From Phoronis australis (taxonomy: Eukaryota > Animalia > Phoronida), in NCBI GenBank assembly GCA_002633005.1, contig NMRA01000064.1:543895-607894 (forward strand): DNA of 64,000 nucleotides, written 5' to 3'. Made by a program: the position numbers and the translations under genes. Under the pieces are notes generated by a model. It ran no database searches. It saw nothing but the letters and a program-made list of their open reading frames with translations, and was not told the origin of the DNA. Numbering within the stretch: position 1 is the first letter of the stretch; each line of letters starts with the position of its first letter. Of the stretch, positions 41,869 to 55,700 are shown one piece after another.

Positions 41869-44800
41869 AAATCAAACAAATGTATGATGAGTTGCAGTCA
41901 GGAAACCCGGGAAGTCCGACTGATATTCACAAAGTAGGTTGGGAAGAACAAGATGTATGGAGTTTACTTGTGCCAATTCCGTATTATTCTAGTTGGATCT
42001 TGTTCAGCGACATTTTGGGAAATTGAGCTAAGAATGAATTGATCTCAGAGGACATATGATTGGATATTCGACCGAGGTGCCTTAAAGATTAATATTTCTG
42101 ATGTGTGTTTTTTTACATAATTTATCAACTTAGCCTCTGGTATGTCTCAGTTCACTGTTAAAACACTGAATGACTAAGCCCTAATTTTATGTGGAGACAC
42201 TGTCTAACACAACAGCAAAATATTTTTGATGCAGCTGATTTTTACTAAAATTCTTTTCTGAATAAAAATATTGAAAACAAAGAAATGTTCTCTCTGCTCA
42301 TACAGGTAATTTCGCTAATTCTTAATTTGCAAATTCACAGTAACTTTTCTGATGCTTTCAATTGACATTTTTTAGCAGATGCATTGCAGAATTCTTGTGA
42401 TTTGGAAATGAGAAGAGTTTATAAATTTTTGCTCCTGGAAATTAGAGATAATGCGGGCAGTTTGTAACCCAAACCGTTTGCTTATATACCTGTGATTGCT
42501 TGGGCCTCCAGTGTTTTATTCAACTCTTGTACATGAGGTATCTCTCTCAGTTGGTCGTTTGATCCAAGGGTCAGTCCATGTTTCTCTCATCTGGTCATTT
42601 GATCTAAGGGTCAAATCTCAGTCGGTCATTTGATCCAAATGTCAGTTCTCAGTTGGTCATTTGATCCAAGGGTTAGTTCATGTTTCAAAAAGTTTGCTCC
42701 TTATATGCCTGTTTTCTGTTTTAAACTGAGGCTCTTCGGGTACTATCGAGGACAAATCTAGCACCTAATATTACACAAGTACAATGGTGGGAACTTCAGT
42801 TGAACAAAAATTTGCCCAATCTTTGCTTACCATTCCCACTCTAGACAGTGATATCGAAGTTATGGCGATTCAGTCATCAGAGTAAACACCAGATGGCGTA
42901 GTTAATTCGTATTCTCAAACAAATATTGAGGAGCGGGTTCGAGGCTAACCAAAAATTGTTTTCCCGCCATTTACCAGTCTTTATGAATATGACCAGTGTC
43001 ATCCTTCATCAGATGTGTATTCTTTTATTTATTGACTAAATGTGCCAAGGTAAACTGACTCTTGAATAACAAAGAACACATTTTGCAGAATATTTCGTTG
43101 AATCTCACTCTAGCTAATATATCGTTGATGCGACATCTACTGATAACTTCACGGAAGTTTTGCTCTACGTTTCACCCCTTAAGTGGGAAAACACTGCAAG
43201 ATGAACAGTCCCCATCATCAGTGGATGTTTTAATTGACGCCTGCATGATATAATTTAGATCTGCTGGAAAGAATTTGCATTTTCAACAAGGTGTGTGTAG
43301 TGCACTTGGGGAAATCAAGCAGGCTTAAACCATTAGTTCATCGACTTCTGACTCTCTTCTAGTCTAATTGTGTAATGCAGTTAGATTGATGGAAATGAAT
43401 CCAGTGGGTCTGGCAACATTTTGAATTAATCTGGATGATTGGTTTTACAATCATTTGCTATATGTGATCATTTCACATTCAGTGCTTCTCTGACTTTCCC
43501 CCAAAAAAGCAGAATGGGAATGGAAGCCTGTTATTGAACTTGAATCCAAATTTTGCTCCTGGTCTATGGAAGGAAGATGTGCATTTTTATAACAATTAAG
43601 ATAGATAACTGAATACATTGGTGGCAAGTAACTGCTCGCTGAAGAGCTTAAGACGGGTGTTCACAATGAGCTGTTTGTATGGATGACTATTTCAAGCATT
43701 TTGCTCCCAGCTGTTAGGTACTGTCCTCACTGTGTTACTGTTGAACACCCTGGAATGAGGTGTCACTTAGGTTTAATAAAGTGTGGAACAACTGTACAAT
43801 TCTGACAACTTAACCCACTTTTCGAGGTAGGGTGTGTCTTGGGCCTTTTGTTATAGGGTAACTTGCCTCCTTGTAAGTCATAGTGTGGAGGGAAACTTGC
43901 TGACAAAGCGTAGTTATGAGTTGCATGCTCGCTCAATTACACAGATGCCATGTGTATGTAATCCTTTTAGCACCATAATTGTCGCAAGTTGAAGGTATAG
44001 GTTGTGTAGTTTGGACGTACCTGAACTGAACTCGTACAATTTGATCCAGGGCAAATTCTTCTAAGGGTCAGCATGATTTGTCCATTTTACACAAAGACAG
44101 TAATAACACATAGGATGGGCACTACTGGACTGTCTTTCTATTCTGCTGCTATAGTGAATGCTGTGGGGCTACTCTATACACGTATTTTTAAAAGCTGTGT
44201 CCCTGAGAAATCACAATAGTTTTTAACTTATTTAGAACGCATTATGGTTGACAAGTGAAATTTTATTTGGATTCGATTTTCCACAAAAATAAGGTTACGA
44301 AAAGTTTAGTATGTCACCAAAATGTCATAAAGCAACTTTTGGTAAATATACTATTATTTGCAGTAAAGTTATCAGCCTTTGAAAAATGGTAATTTTGTTA
44401 ATTTTGGAATTTTTTGTGCAAAACGAATGGAAAACCACCATTTACCCTGTTTTAGGGTTAGGGGATAAGATGATAGCCCCCTATTTGAAAGAGTAAAGGA
44501 ACCCATTTGTTTTGACCTTTATGAAAAAGTCAACGTTTTGAAGTGGCCCTACAGAATGTATTTTAGATTAAAATTAAACAAAAAAACTGTGGACTGTATT
44601 GTACTAACACAACAAACAATAAATAACACATAGTATCCTGGGGCCGGTTTCAAGAAAATTGATTTAGCTTAGCAGACAAATCTTAAATTTCAGTCAATTT
44701 TAAGATAAAACTTTAATTTGTCTCAAGTCCATTGCAAGAAAAAGATCTTAAGTTTAAGTTTTGAGGAAATGTCGTCTGAAATGACACTTTCACCCACCTG

Positions 44801-45367
44801 AGTTTTACCTCCCCTTAATGAGCCCATATCACAGCTCATACACAAGTTGCATCATCAGGAACTACAGTACATGTGACCTGCTCATGGATGAGATTGGTAA
44901 CATCTGCCAGTTTCATAATGGGCTGGAGACTTGGTGTCTAAGCATTCAAACTGAAAATGCAATAATACAAGTTAGCTTACATTACAGAGATGAATTAATT
45001 AAGGATTTCTTGAACCTTATTCACAAAAATTGGCAATTTGTACGATTTTTCACATTTGTCTGGTGAAACACCTTATCTTCACTCTCTGGGAAATATATAC
45101 CATGTAGCTAGAAAAAACGATTTAGCAGAAGCACCTTGGATTGGAATACGACTGCTATTTTGTACAGTAATACCTTTACGTTTTGCGAGTTGATTTGTCA
45201 TAGAAACCAAGAAATGACTCCCGAGATTAATCGCAAATTCCTATCAGCGTTTTTGAGGTAACTGGTGAAGTTTTCATTAAAAAAGATACATTAAAGTAAA
45301 CCAAGGGGTTATTTTGCTATGAATGTACCACTCTTACAAATGAAACTGACTTAAAAGGTATTAACGT

Positions 45368-45374
45368 AATAATG

Positions 45375-45409
<35 letters not shown>
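45368..45409. repeat. (AAT)n microsatellite
   Basis: Read directly. Confidence 0.95.
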
Positions 45410-45410
<1 letters not shown>

Positions 45411-45551
45411 GTACATCACTATTAAACATTTTTATAATTCCTGATCTTTTTTCTTTCAGAAAATGTATACTTTTACTAGTTGACAAAGCCTGGTTTTTCT
45501 GATATATGAGTTAAAATGGAGGTCATTAAGTAATGTTTGAGATAACCTTAA

Positions 45552-46086
45552 AGCAGCATTTTGCCCTATTTAGCTGGTTAAAAAACTAAAATGGAATTGG
45601 ACCCTTTATTCTGATTGGTCTCATAATATTCTTAAATACATAAAATAGATGCTGGAATGCCATGCAGTTAACGATGGATAAGAATATAAATAGTAAAAGT
45701 AAAACGACGAGCATCTCTTAATACTAAAATATATATATAACTATCTATTCAGCAGTCTGTGTCATACCCTTAAAAAGAGCGTGCTGCTCGAAACATGGGG
45801 TTAGTACCGACGCTCGTTTTACTTTTACCATAATATTCGTTACGTTTGATTTCTGTTATGAACTCAAATCACAGGTAATGTGTACACGAACCTTTTTCAA
45901 ATTTGCAAATTTAGGTTTGGCCTACCCCAGTAAATCCTGGTGTGCTTTCTTTGTGAGTCACTGATGGTTTTGATGTTCTTGTTGGTGATGGAAGTGGAAT
46001 CTCATCGCAGTAGGGAATATTATGATACAGATTTGATAAGAGTATACTGCCTAATTTGATTTTAGACAGCTAAACGGAATGCAGCT
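45552..46086. mobile_element. TTAA-flanked Kolobok-like MITE with a nested Penelope-like fragment
   Basis: TTAA-AGCAGCATT ... AATGCAGCT-TTAA ends. Internal inverted segment 45689-45712 / 45812-45834 around a hammerhead-like motif. Confidence 0.55.
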
Positions 46087-46228
46087 TTAATTAATAACAA
46101 GTGTACAAGATAGTGGCTATAGCACAACTGCATGTAAAGAAGCAGGGCAAGTGCTTGACACATGTGTTGCATTGTGGGTAAATACCTTAAAATGAGAGTG
46201 ATGGTGTTCTGGTTCAGGACAAGCCTAT

Positions 46229-46623
46229 TACAAGGTACCTAAACTATACACGGTTAACAGACTCATAAACACGGTCACGGACGCATGAACACAACTCACG
46301 TACCTGCAAACACCGTTTACTGACTTACAAAACACGATCCATTCACCCAAATACACGGGACACGGACTCGCATTCACGAAGAAACACGGTTAACGGACCG
46401 CCAAACATGGGTCACTGACTCATCAGCTTCCTGGGTCAGCTGACATCTACATTTTGTCCGTAAACCGTGTTTGGCTGTCCGTTAACCATGTTTCTTCATG
46501 AATGTGAGTCCGTTCCCGTGTTTGTGAGTTTAGTGAACGGTGTTTGCAAGTACTTGAGTCATGTTCATGCGTCCGTGGGCCGTGTTTATGAGTCTGTTAC
46601 CCGTGTAGTTTAGGTTACTTGTA
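46229..46623. mobile_element. Long fold-back MITE (TA-bounded, arms of about 180 bp)
   Basis: TACAAGgtACCTAAACTA...ACACGGTTAACAGACTCATAAACACGG is mirrored by CCGTGTTTATGAGTCTGTTACCCGTGTAGTTTAGGTtaCTTGTA. Confidence 0.85.
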
Positions 46624-46767
46624 TTAAACTTCTCCTCATGACATCCTTGGGGAAAAATCCCACTAATTGTAGTGTGTGAAGTTTTAGAATTCACAGTAGG
46701 TGCTGTTTTGTCTATACTATTAAACCTATTTGTTTTCAGGTGCTGAACTATTCAACTATTAGTGAAA

Positions 46768-49700
46768 ATGAGCTACACTGCAGACAATGTCACTTTGTAT
46801 TGTGACTCACAGTACAAGAACTTCTCGTGTCAGATGGGTTACTGGCTGCCTATGGTCAGCGAGTATGGCTGGTCACGATGGGCCCGTGCTCTCATCTACG
46901 GCATTGGCTTGCTGTGGAGTTTCTTCGGAGTCGCCATTATTGCAGACGTCTTCATGTGCGCGATAGAAAAAATTACGAGCAAAACCCGCAAAATTAACGT
47001 GGCCAATCCCGATGTTAAGGGAGGTGTTGAAGAGATTGAAGTGAAAGTCTGGAATGACACTGTTGCGAACTTAACTTTGATGGCACTGGGTTCAAGTTCT
47101 CCAGAAATCCTTTTGTCCATCATTGAGATTATTGGACAGGATTTTAATGTGGGGGAGTTGGGGCCGAGTACCATCGTGGGCTCGGCTGCTTTCAACCTGT
47201 TTGTCATTACCGGCGTGTGCGTTTTTGCCATTCCGGATGGTGAGGCCCGAAGTCTCAAGTACATTAAGGTTTTTGCTGTCACTGCCTGTTTCAGCGTATT
47301 TGCCTATCTCTGGCTCGTTATCATTCTGCTTGGCATCTCCAAGAATTACGTGGAACTCTGGGAAGCTATTGTTACATTACTTTTCTTTCCGCTCCTCGTC
47401 ATCATAGCGTACATCGCTGATAAAGACTTCTGTGGGCAGAAAACTCGCAAGGAGCAAGCTGTTGAGATTGGCTTCAGTAAGTATTCGCTTTTAGCTGATG
47501 GAGGTAGGAGCCTTTGTGAGTAGCAGATTGTATTGGGTGACTCTGCAGTGACAACATGCATAGTGTATTAGGTGACTCTGCAGTGACAACATGCATAGTG
47601 TATTGGGTGACTCTGCAGTGACAACATGCATCATTACCAGCAATATTGAAACCTTGAACTGCGCATGCGCAAAAATCACTCAGTCAGGATACATGGGATT
47701 CGCAGAAAACACAGCGTGGGGGTCTTATTTATGAACCAATCACATTTGCCGATAGCACATAACATAGATAAGTATTTTATTAAAAACATGGCCAAGTTTC
47801 AGTAAAATTGGAAAAAAATTATGTTTTACATGGTATGGCCAAAGTTTTGGCTTATTTTGTCGCTTCGATCAATGGAATCGCCGCTGAAAACCCGAAAGTG
47901 CATGTGAGAAAACGATAATTTTCGACCAAGCCTTTCATGTGAGGTTTAGTTGCCGATAGACCCAACAGATGTCAGTATAATCAAGGTTGAAATGTAGGAG
48001 TTTGAAGAAAATTAGACAAAATTTTGTATTTAACATGGGGTGGCCGAAAATTACCAATTTTGTTATTTTGACATCAGTTTATTTTATCATAGACTATCAT
48101 CAGTGGGTCTAGTTAATTCGAAGTTTTTGGTTAAATCCCTGATAATATTCACACCAGTATACTAATAAACATATTTTGCTTTATACATAACAGTTTGATT
48201 CCAATGCTCTCAGTAGTGCGTACAGCAGAGATTGGCCCTTGACCGGCCTATGGGAGCTAATATATGGGCACTGAAACCAAAGTAGCTATGTCAGGAAAAC
48301 TCACCTGAGCTGTTTACGATCCACTTCAGAGAAGAAAATGTCTTTGTACCTAATAATAGTTTGTGTCCTAGTACTTCGGGCATGGTTTAAAATTGAAAGG
48401 AGTCATTACAAGTTGAATTTATGAGAATTGTAGTGTTTCATTGCGAAAAACTAGTCGATTGAGGTAGTGCGAGAAAAGGCAACAAGTAAAAAGGACAGCT
48501 TTGACTTGCTTACGAGTGGTGCCTGTTGGTATTGGCCAGACATCTGTAGTAATATGTTTTGTCTTTCCTTTTTAACGGAATATATTTGAACTTTGGTAAT
48601 TTTGAGCTACAAAATGTAGAACAACCTTCCTGGTGCTTCTCTCAAGTGAGACGCGGAGAGTGAAGCACTAACTGGTCCATAAGCGATGACCTAGTTTATG
48701 CAGAGAACCTGGCGGATGACCTAGTTTACGTATTGCTGGTAATGTAGTGTATTGGGTGACTGCAGCGACAACATACATAGTGTATTGGGTGACTGCAGTG
48801 ACAACATGCATAGTGTATTGTGTGACTCTGCAGTAACAACATGCATAGTGTATTGGGTGACTGCAGTGACAGCATGCATAGTGTATTGTGTGACTCTGCA
48901 TGCAGTAACAACATGCATGGTGTATTGGGTGACTCTGCAGAGACAATGCGCATAGTGTATTCAGTGTACTGCATGACTGCACTGCATTCTCTACAGTGGA
49001 CTGGTTAAGGCAAACCTCTGCCCACTTTCTGAATATGGACAGAGTTCCACATGAAAGTTTATGTTGAAGTAGCTCATGCCAGCTTATGATCACTTTATCT
49101 CTGTTGCTTAATGTGAAGGAGCTTCTATGCCTGATAACTACCTTTCTTCATTTTTCAGCGTTTCTGTTGCAAGCAACTTCTATTTTCTTGTGACATGTTT
49201 TATGCTTGAAATTCATTTTATATTACAGGGTCATCACTCCAGCCATTGGTCCAAGGTTTTCCTTGTTGTTTTTGTCTTGTTTTTTGTTTGGCCTTTTTAC
49301 GAACCCACACATATATGTGTGGGTGCGTATCACTGCTGTATCTCTTAACCCCTTGGATGATCTTGATGATATTTGACAGATGTGTGCCTATGAAGTTAGT
49401 GACATGACGAAGAGTTTCGGACCGATCCGACTTCTGTGTCCGCCTATTCTCAAAACTGCTTGAAGGATCATTAGTCAAATTGACATGACTGGTGTTGATC
49501 TTCAGACAACCTAACCATTGTGGCGCTCCTTGTGGCAGTTTCTTTCTATGTATCCGCGGCTGTATATCCATTACTCCCTGCAGGAACTTTGTGAAATTTG
49601 GCAAGTTTTTCCTATGAATGTGATAACGAATGACAAGGATTTTAAGATGGATCTGACTACCACTGTGCCTTCTAGTGGCCATTATATTTATTTTATCATT

Positions 49701-52700
49701 TACCTTTTATCTTCGGCGTTCCGTGACAGATTTTCATCAAGTTAGCACAACAACTTTCTGATGAGCAGACGACAACGTATTCCTACATTCAGATGGATTC
49801 TTGGTATTATGCACCATTTGGTGGACATTTTTAGTATTATTTGTATGGTTTTCCATCAGCCAGCCCACTCCGAGGATCGTCAGGAAAATTGTCAAGTAGA
49901 TTTCTATTATGGAGGGCAATACCTTTTTCATTTACAGTTCCCTCTTGATTTGTGTATGGATTTTCTTGAAATTTTGCAAAAGAGTTTCTGTTAAGGAGAC
50001 TAGAAGTAATTCTTTTTTGAACAGATTTACAATTTTGCGCCACCTAGTGACCATTTTTGATACTAACAAACACCCCTTTAGACATGCCGTCTGCGGTGCA
50101 ATTGTGGGTGCATTTCAACGCTTTGCGTTGCTCTTGTGTTGTTAAGAGTTTTATATTTACTCTTGTATGTCGTCAAGTCACGAGTACAAGTACAAGATCC
50201 ACAGAATTTTATTAGATCAGCAAAAGGGTGCATCTCGTAGTGAAAAGTAAACTTTTGGTTGGTCAAACGGCTGTGAGATGATGTTAAACTCCAATTACAG
50301 TAACCAGGCTGCATTCTGTGCAGCATATTTCTTGTGAGAAATCCATGATCATGCAAAACTACAGAATTATGCGAGTAAAAGGCGAGTATAGTTCCGTGCT
50401 AACAAAATAGCCGTCTCTGATGATTATCTGTGAGGCTTGAATGTTGGGTTGTTGGACTAACCTGCAAGTAAAAATGCTATTTCCATTGGACATGCCAAGA
50501 TTTCTTGAAGTAAGCATCTCGCGAGTGTCGTCTGTTTATGCACACGTCCCCGATCTCTTGCTGTATAATGAATTTTGTGTAACTTACATAGTATTTTGGG
50601 TCCTGTTTAAAGTTTTGATGGCCACGATTCAGTGGTCTGGCATGGGAATTTCATGTTCAGCTAAACTACATGAGGGTCTGGTCACTGAGTTGTTTCTTTA
50701 CCCTTGTTATGTGCATTTTCTGTTTACCATGACCTATTATAAACCACCATATTGCCTGCATTAAAATCACAATATTACAAATGACTGTCAGTCAGTCTGT
50801 ATGATGCAAATTTCAGAGTCTGTGTTGCAAGACACACTCCTTTTACTATGCTGAGTGCCCACTTCAGCATAGCATTACTTACAGTTTTGTCTGTTTCAAC
50901 AGTCAGGGGGATTTATCTCATACATTGACCGACTATCACTTCATAATGCAGTTTGCAATATCTTAGAATCCTTGGTCACTGAATTAAAATCTTAATCCGT
51001 GCCTCAAAACTTTGCTGTAATCTCGTGACCTCATTGTTCCTGAGAATTGTCAGTTTCTGTTTTGGACATAAATCGGTAATTTTCGGATGTAATAACTTCC
51101 TTTGTCAAAGGAAGTTATTACATCCAAAAATTTCAAATTTCAGTTGATCCATTCTTGTTGTTTTATTTACCGATTTATATTCTTCATTTCATGAAACAAT
51201 AGTATCATTGGGAGGATCTGGATCGCCTTATTTAGTTTCAGATGTGTTTTCTACGTTGTTTTGGACATGAATTTCTAAAACAGCTATTTAGTAAGCTTTA
51301 ATTAACTTCATGTCTAAACTATTCTTTCTATCAGTTTGCAGGAAACTGTGTTTCAATTTTTTATTTATCCTTAAACAACAGAGATGTGTCAGCCATCAAA
51401 TTTGTTTTTAAAAACATCTGAAATCTTCATTTCTGACAACCAGTATCTATGTTAATCAGTGTAAAACAAAAATTTGCAGCAGTTTCCTCAGCCGTAGGTC
51501 ATGAGGAAGTGTGAAAATTTCATGCGCATCGACCTGCGCTCTGATGAGAAATCAATCTTTAAAACTGGTAAAACCAGTGGAAATGAAAAGGCTCGAGAAT
51601 GGCCAATGAAGGGTTTTCTTGTAACTGAAATCTGTTTCAAGAAGTGTTATGAATAGCAATGAAAAATATAGATATGACTTGGTAACAAGATGGGAGTATT
51701 GGATTTAGAATAAATCCACTGAGGTTGGCCGTTACTTTTTGTGTTGAAAGTAGGACATGTAACTGATGTCAGCAGGTCTTGTAAAAGTACAGAAAAATCA
51801 ATTCCTGGTGACTGGTTGAATTCATCGAATAAGTGTGAAGGACATTTGCTCATACGTCCACTTCATTAGAGTAAAATAATATTTATCTTAGTCCTGTTGT
51901 GGCTACCTATTGCAAACATAAAGTTTGTCCAAGTGGTCAACGTCTTTCACTTGTCAATGTTTTTCAATTCCATACCAAATATTTCCAAATACGACAACTG
52001 GTATATCCCAGTTACGAAATCACTCAATTAAAATTGATTTAAATGGAATTTCCCAGTGACCATTATTGTGTTTTTGTTATCCTTTACTTTCATGTTTTCT
52101 ACGTTGTTTACATTTATGGACTTGTATTGATGTTGCAAAGCTACTGCCTCTGCTGCTATGGCAACGCATTGCATTGTTTCAATAAAGGTATTGATATCCG
52201 ACAGTAATGAAGTTTTCAAGTTAAGCAAACTCATATTTTAGGTTAATTAACCCAGGCTCCAGTCTTAAACGTGACAAAAGTCAGGTGGTTCTTTGTATTT
52301 TCGGCTTTCCGTTTTTATTGATTTCAGAAGTCACTGTTCTTCCACGCTTATCTTGCTTGATCAATTATTTTCAGTTTTCCAATGGAGCATGATCAGAATT
52401 CTAATCAGTGGCTCAATAATGAATTGATTACTTTCAAAATTAATTTCATTTTAAAGTCATAAATAATGCACAGCACCGCCGGGTGGTAATGCCAGACTGA
52501 CTTCTCAGTGTTCTGAAGTCTAGTTGGGATTGTTAGGTATGTAGGACTTATTTCACCGATGTCCACATTAATAGACGAACATCTCCCTCATATACCATAA
52601 CTTCTATCTTCACATTCACATTAATCTGTGTCTAAAGTGTGCCAAGGAACAGGAATGTCATGGTTGAAATAAATAGTCACAAATTGTAGCCACTGAATGT

Positions 52701-55700
52701 GAAACAGAAGACCAGCTTTTGGCAGAGGCAAATGTGATCAGGGAAAAGTTGAATTACAATATAATTATGAAACTCAAACTGAAGGTAACTCCCATGTGAA
52801 TAAGAATTATGGATGTTGATTTAGTGTTCCCCCTAATCCCTCACACGGTTGAGTTCAGGCTCCTGTTGGCTATGGTGAAAATGGGTATCATCTTGGGTAG
52901 GGTAGTGAATGATGTGGTTATATACCGTAGTATACCTTTATGGGAATGTATCATCTGAAGTTGGATGGTGGATAATTTGGTTATAAGGCACACCTAAATG
53001 GGTATCGTCACCTGGGATAGATTAATGGATGCTTTGATAATACAGTAGATGGTGATGGCCTTGACAAACTGTTTAGTAACTCGGATGTTGAAAGTCTTGC
53101 ATATCCAAGTTGAGCCTCTGATACATATGTAACCTGGGTAGGTAAAACTGACATGTTGGCATTTAGACAAGTTACTGCAGTTCTTCGCCTGGTTACAGTG
53201 TGTACACATGGTTACACCCAGCTATATAACTGTCCACCCTCAGATTTGGATGAAATTGATGACTTGTTGATAATCAAATGAGGTTCAAGTAGGCTGGCTA
53301 TGCTGTGTTTAACTTTGTCGTTCCACTCATTGATAAATTGCAATATTAGTAAACATTTTTGTGATGGATTTGCAAAGTTCATGGTCATTAATTTCTTGAT
53401 AAGAAATAACGTAGAAAATAAATCTGAAACTAAATAAGGCGATCCAGATCCTCCCAAGGATACTATTGTTTCACGAAATGTACAATATAAATAGGTAAAT
53501 AAAACAACAAGTTGATCCATTCTTGTTGTTTTATTTACCTATTGATAGGAAAGTCATGGGATACATGTCAGTTGAGGACAGATTAGCCGCAATTGCGTAG
53601 GAAGGGGGCTTAGATTTGTTACTCTGTCCTGTGTTGCACTAGAGGGCACAGGGCTACAGAGGTGAAATACCAACATTAGTAGGGGACAAAAATGTCATAA
53701 ATCCAAACATCTGTATCAATGTGAACAGTTATCAAAGCGTGGCAGTTTTAGGAGAAGAAAATAGGGGAGTTTTCAAGTTGGCGTTCTTTAGAGTAATGAG
53801 AGCACGAAAGTGTCTTCCGATTTATCCAGACTCCGATTTGGTGGACAGAAATACAATTGCTACATAGTGGTTCGTTAATTTAATAGCAGAGGAATAAATC
53901 CCCTGTCAGCGCCTCCTATTGTTTGATTAGTTTAAGTTAATTTATTTTAGCCTTAGTTCACTAATTTATTTTAGCTTTTTTGTCAGCCACAGCAACTGGC
54001 TTTGTCGCGGATATTTCTTCGTAGTGGAAGATGTATGGAGATTGATGTCCTTGTTCATCCATTAATATTTCTGTCAAAAGGTTTGCTAATTTTTTCGCAA
54101 GACATAAGTATAACTCATCGCACAGCAGTGAAGATTTGCTGGCATTATGATAGCAAGAAAGGTGTTAAAACGCATAACATGAGATATGTAGGTGGTGCTG
54201 AACGCCTATCCACCAAAGACCTGGCATGCGTTCAGTAGACGCTAGGACCTATGCTAGGACCTAGCTAAAATGTAGTCAAAGTCACGTGTTCTCATTTAAA
54301 ATGCATGGCAATATCTCTCATAATCTCGCAAAGTCTTGCTTTTTAGCGAGGTCCTAGCGTTACTGAACGGGAGGCCGATATAGCCGTCTTGACGGGTTAG
54401 TGAATTTGAATATGGTGAGGCTATTTCGAAAGTCAGCTATTGGACCTTGACGTAACATTAAGTCATGAAATTATTGCTCTTGGAAAGAAAGTTTAGTCAT
54501 TATACTCGTGACTTTTCAGCTCATTTCAAATGATGACTTGCTGTTTTAAGTCAGTAATGATTGATATGTGCCTGTTGACAGTTTTAAACACTGCAGATGA
54601 TAGTCATTAGTACTAGTGCCCAATTCCTTGTGCCAGGTACAGTTTTGACAAGCGTAGGCAATAATTGTCTTGAGCCTGTGCACACCTCCTTGAGCCAACT
54701 TTAGGTGGGACAAGCTGAGGTTCCCTAAATGTGGATATCATAAATTTGCATAAAAAGTCATTCCAATACTAGATTTACTTCTCTTGTGATTATACTGCAG
54801 CTGAGTAAGTTGGCACCGTTGTGAGGACTACATCAACTGATCCATGATCAGATTTTTTGCAAACAATATGACGACCATATTTTACGATATATTCCTTTAG
54901 TTGTGATACAGTTTTAATGGGAATAACCCTTGTGGTCAGGACTACAAGGCCCGCCTGAAGTAACATAGCACCAGGCTCATTTCATGGTATTTACCCACAA
55001 TGCAATTAGTCACTACCTCATATCCTAATTATTATGTAATTCATCATTTTAATTCAGATAAACTTGTATCATTGTATTTTGAGTGTTTACACCAAGAAAT
55101 TGATAAAATTACCAAGTTGCTTTTAATCAGTTCGAGAGTGCTTGGCATTTTGAGAAGTGTGTAAGTTGAAAATTGCATTTTTCAACTTCCACGAAAGAAG
55201 AGTTATATCTAATATGGGCCTATTCATAGGATTTGAATGGTCAAACTCAAGTGTCATTGTCCTGCATGTTATGACACGCTCGTTCAATACACGTGCAACT
55301 TGTAACAATTGATTTTTGTGTGCCAGTCAACTGGTAATGTGTTAACCTCTGCTCAGGGAATTACTAGATGTGTATCACAATGTTATTGTTTAACACTACT
55401 GCTATTGAATTTCAATTGATTTTTCTATCCCAACATCAGGGAATGACTGTACACCTATTGACATCCTGGTGTGAAATGTCACTTAATGACAAGAACACCA
55501 GTAAATAAATTTCAAAACTACAATGTAACAATGGAGGGCGTATATTGTCATGACTACATCATTGGTTCCTGGCAATCATTTGTTTTTTTATTTGAATACT
55601 TAACTGTTGCTTAGACACTTCAATGAAAAGAAGCATAACAAGTTTTACTTAACATGCTGGCTCTAGCTCAACACCAATCCATCCTTAAAGAAAATCACTT

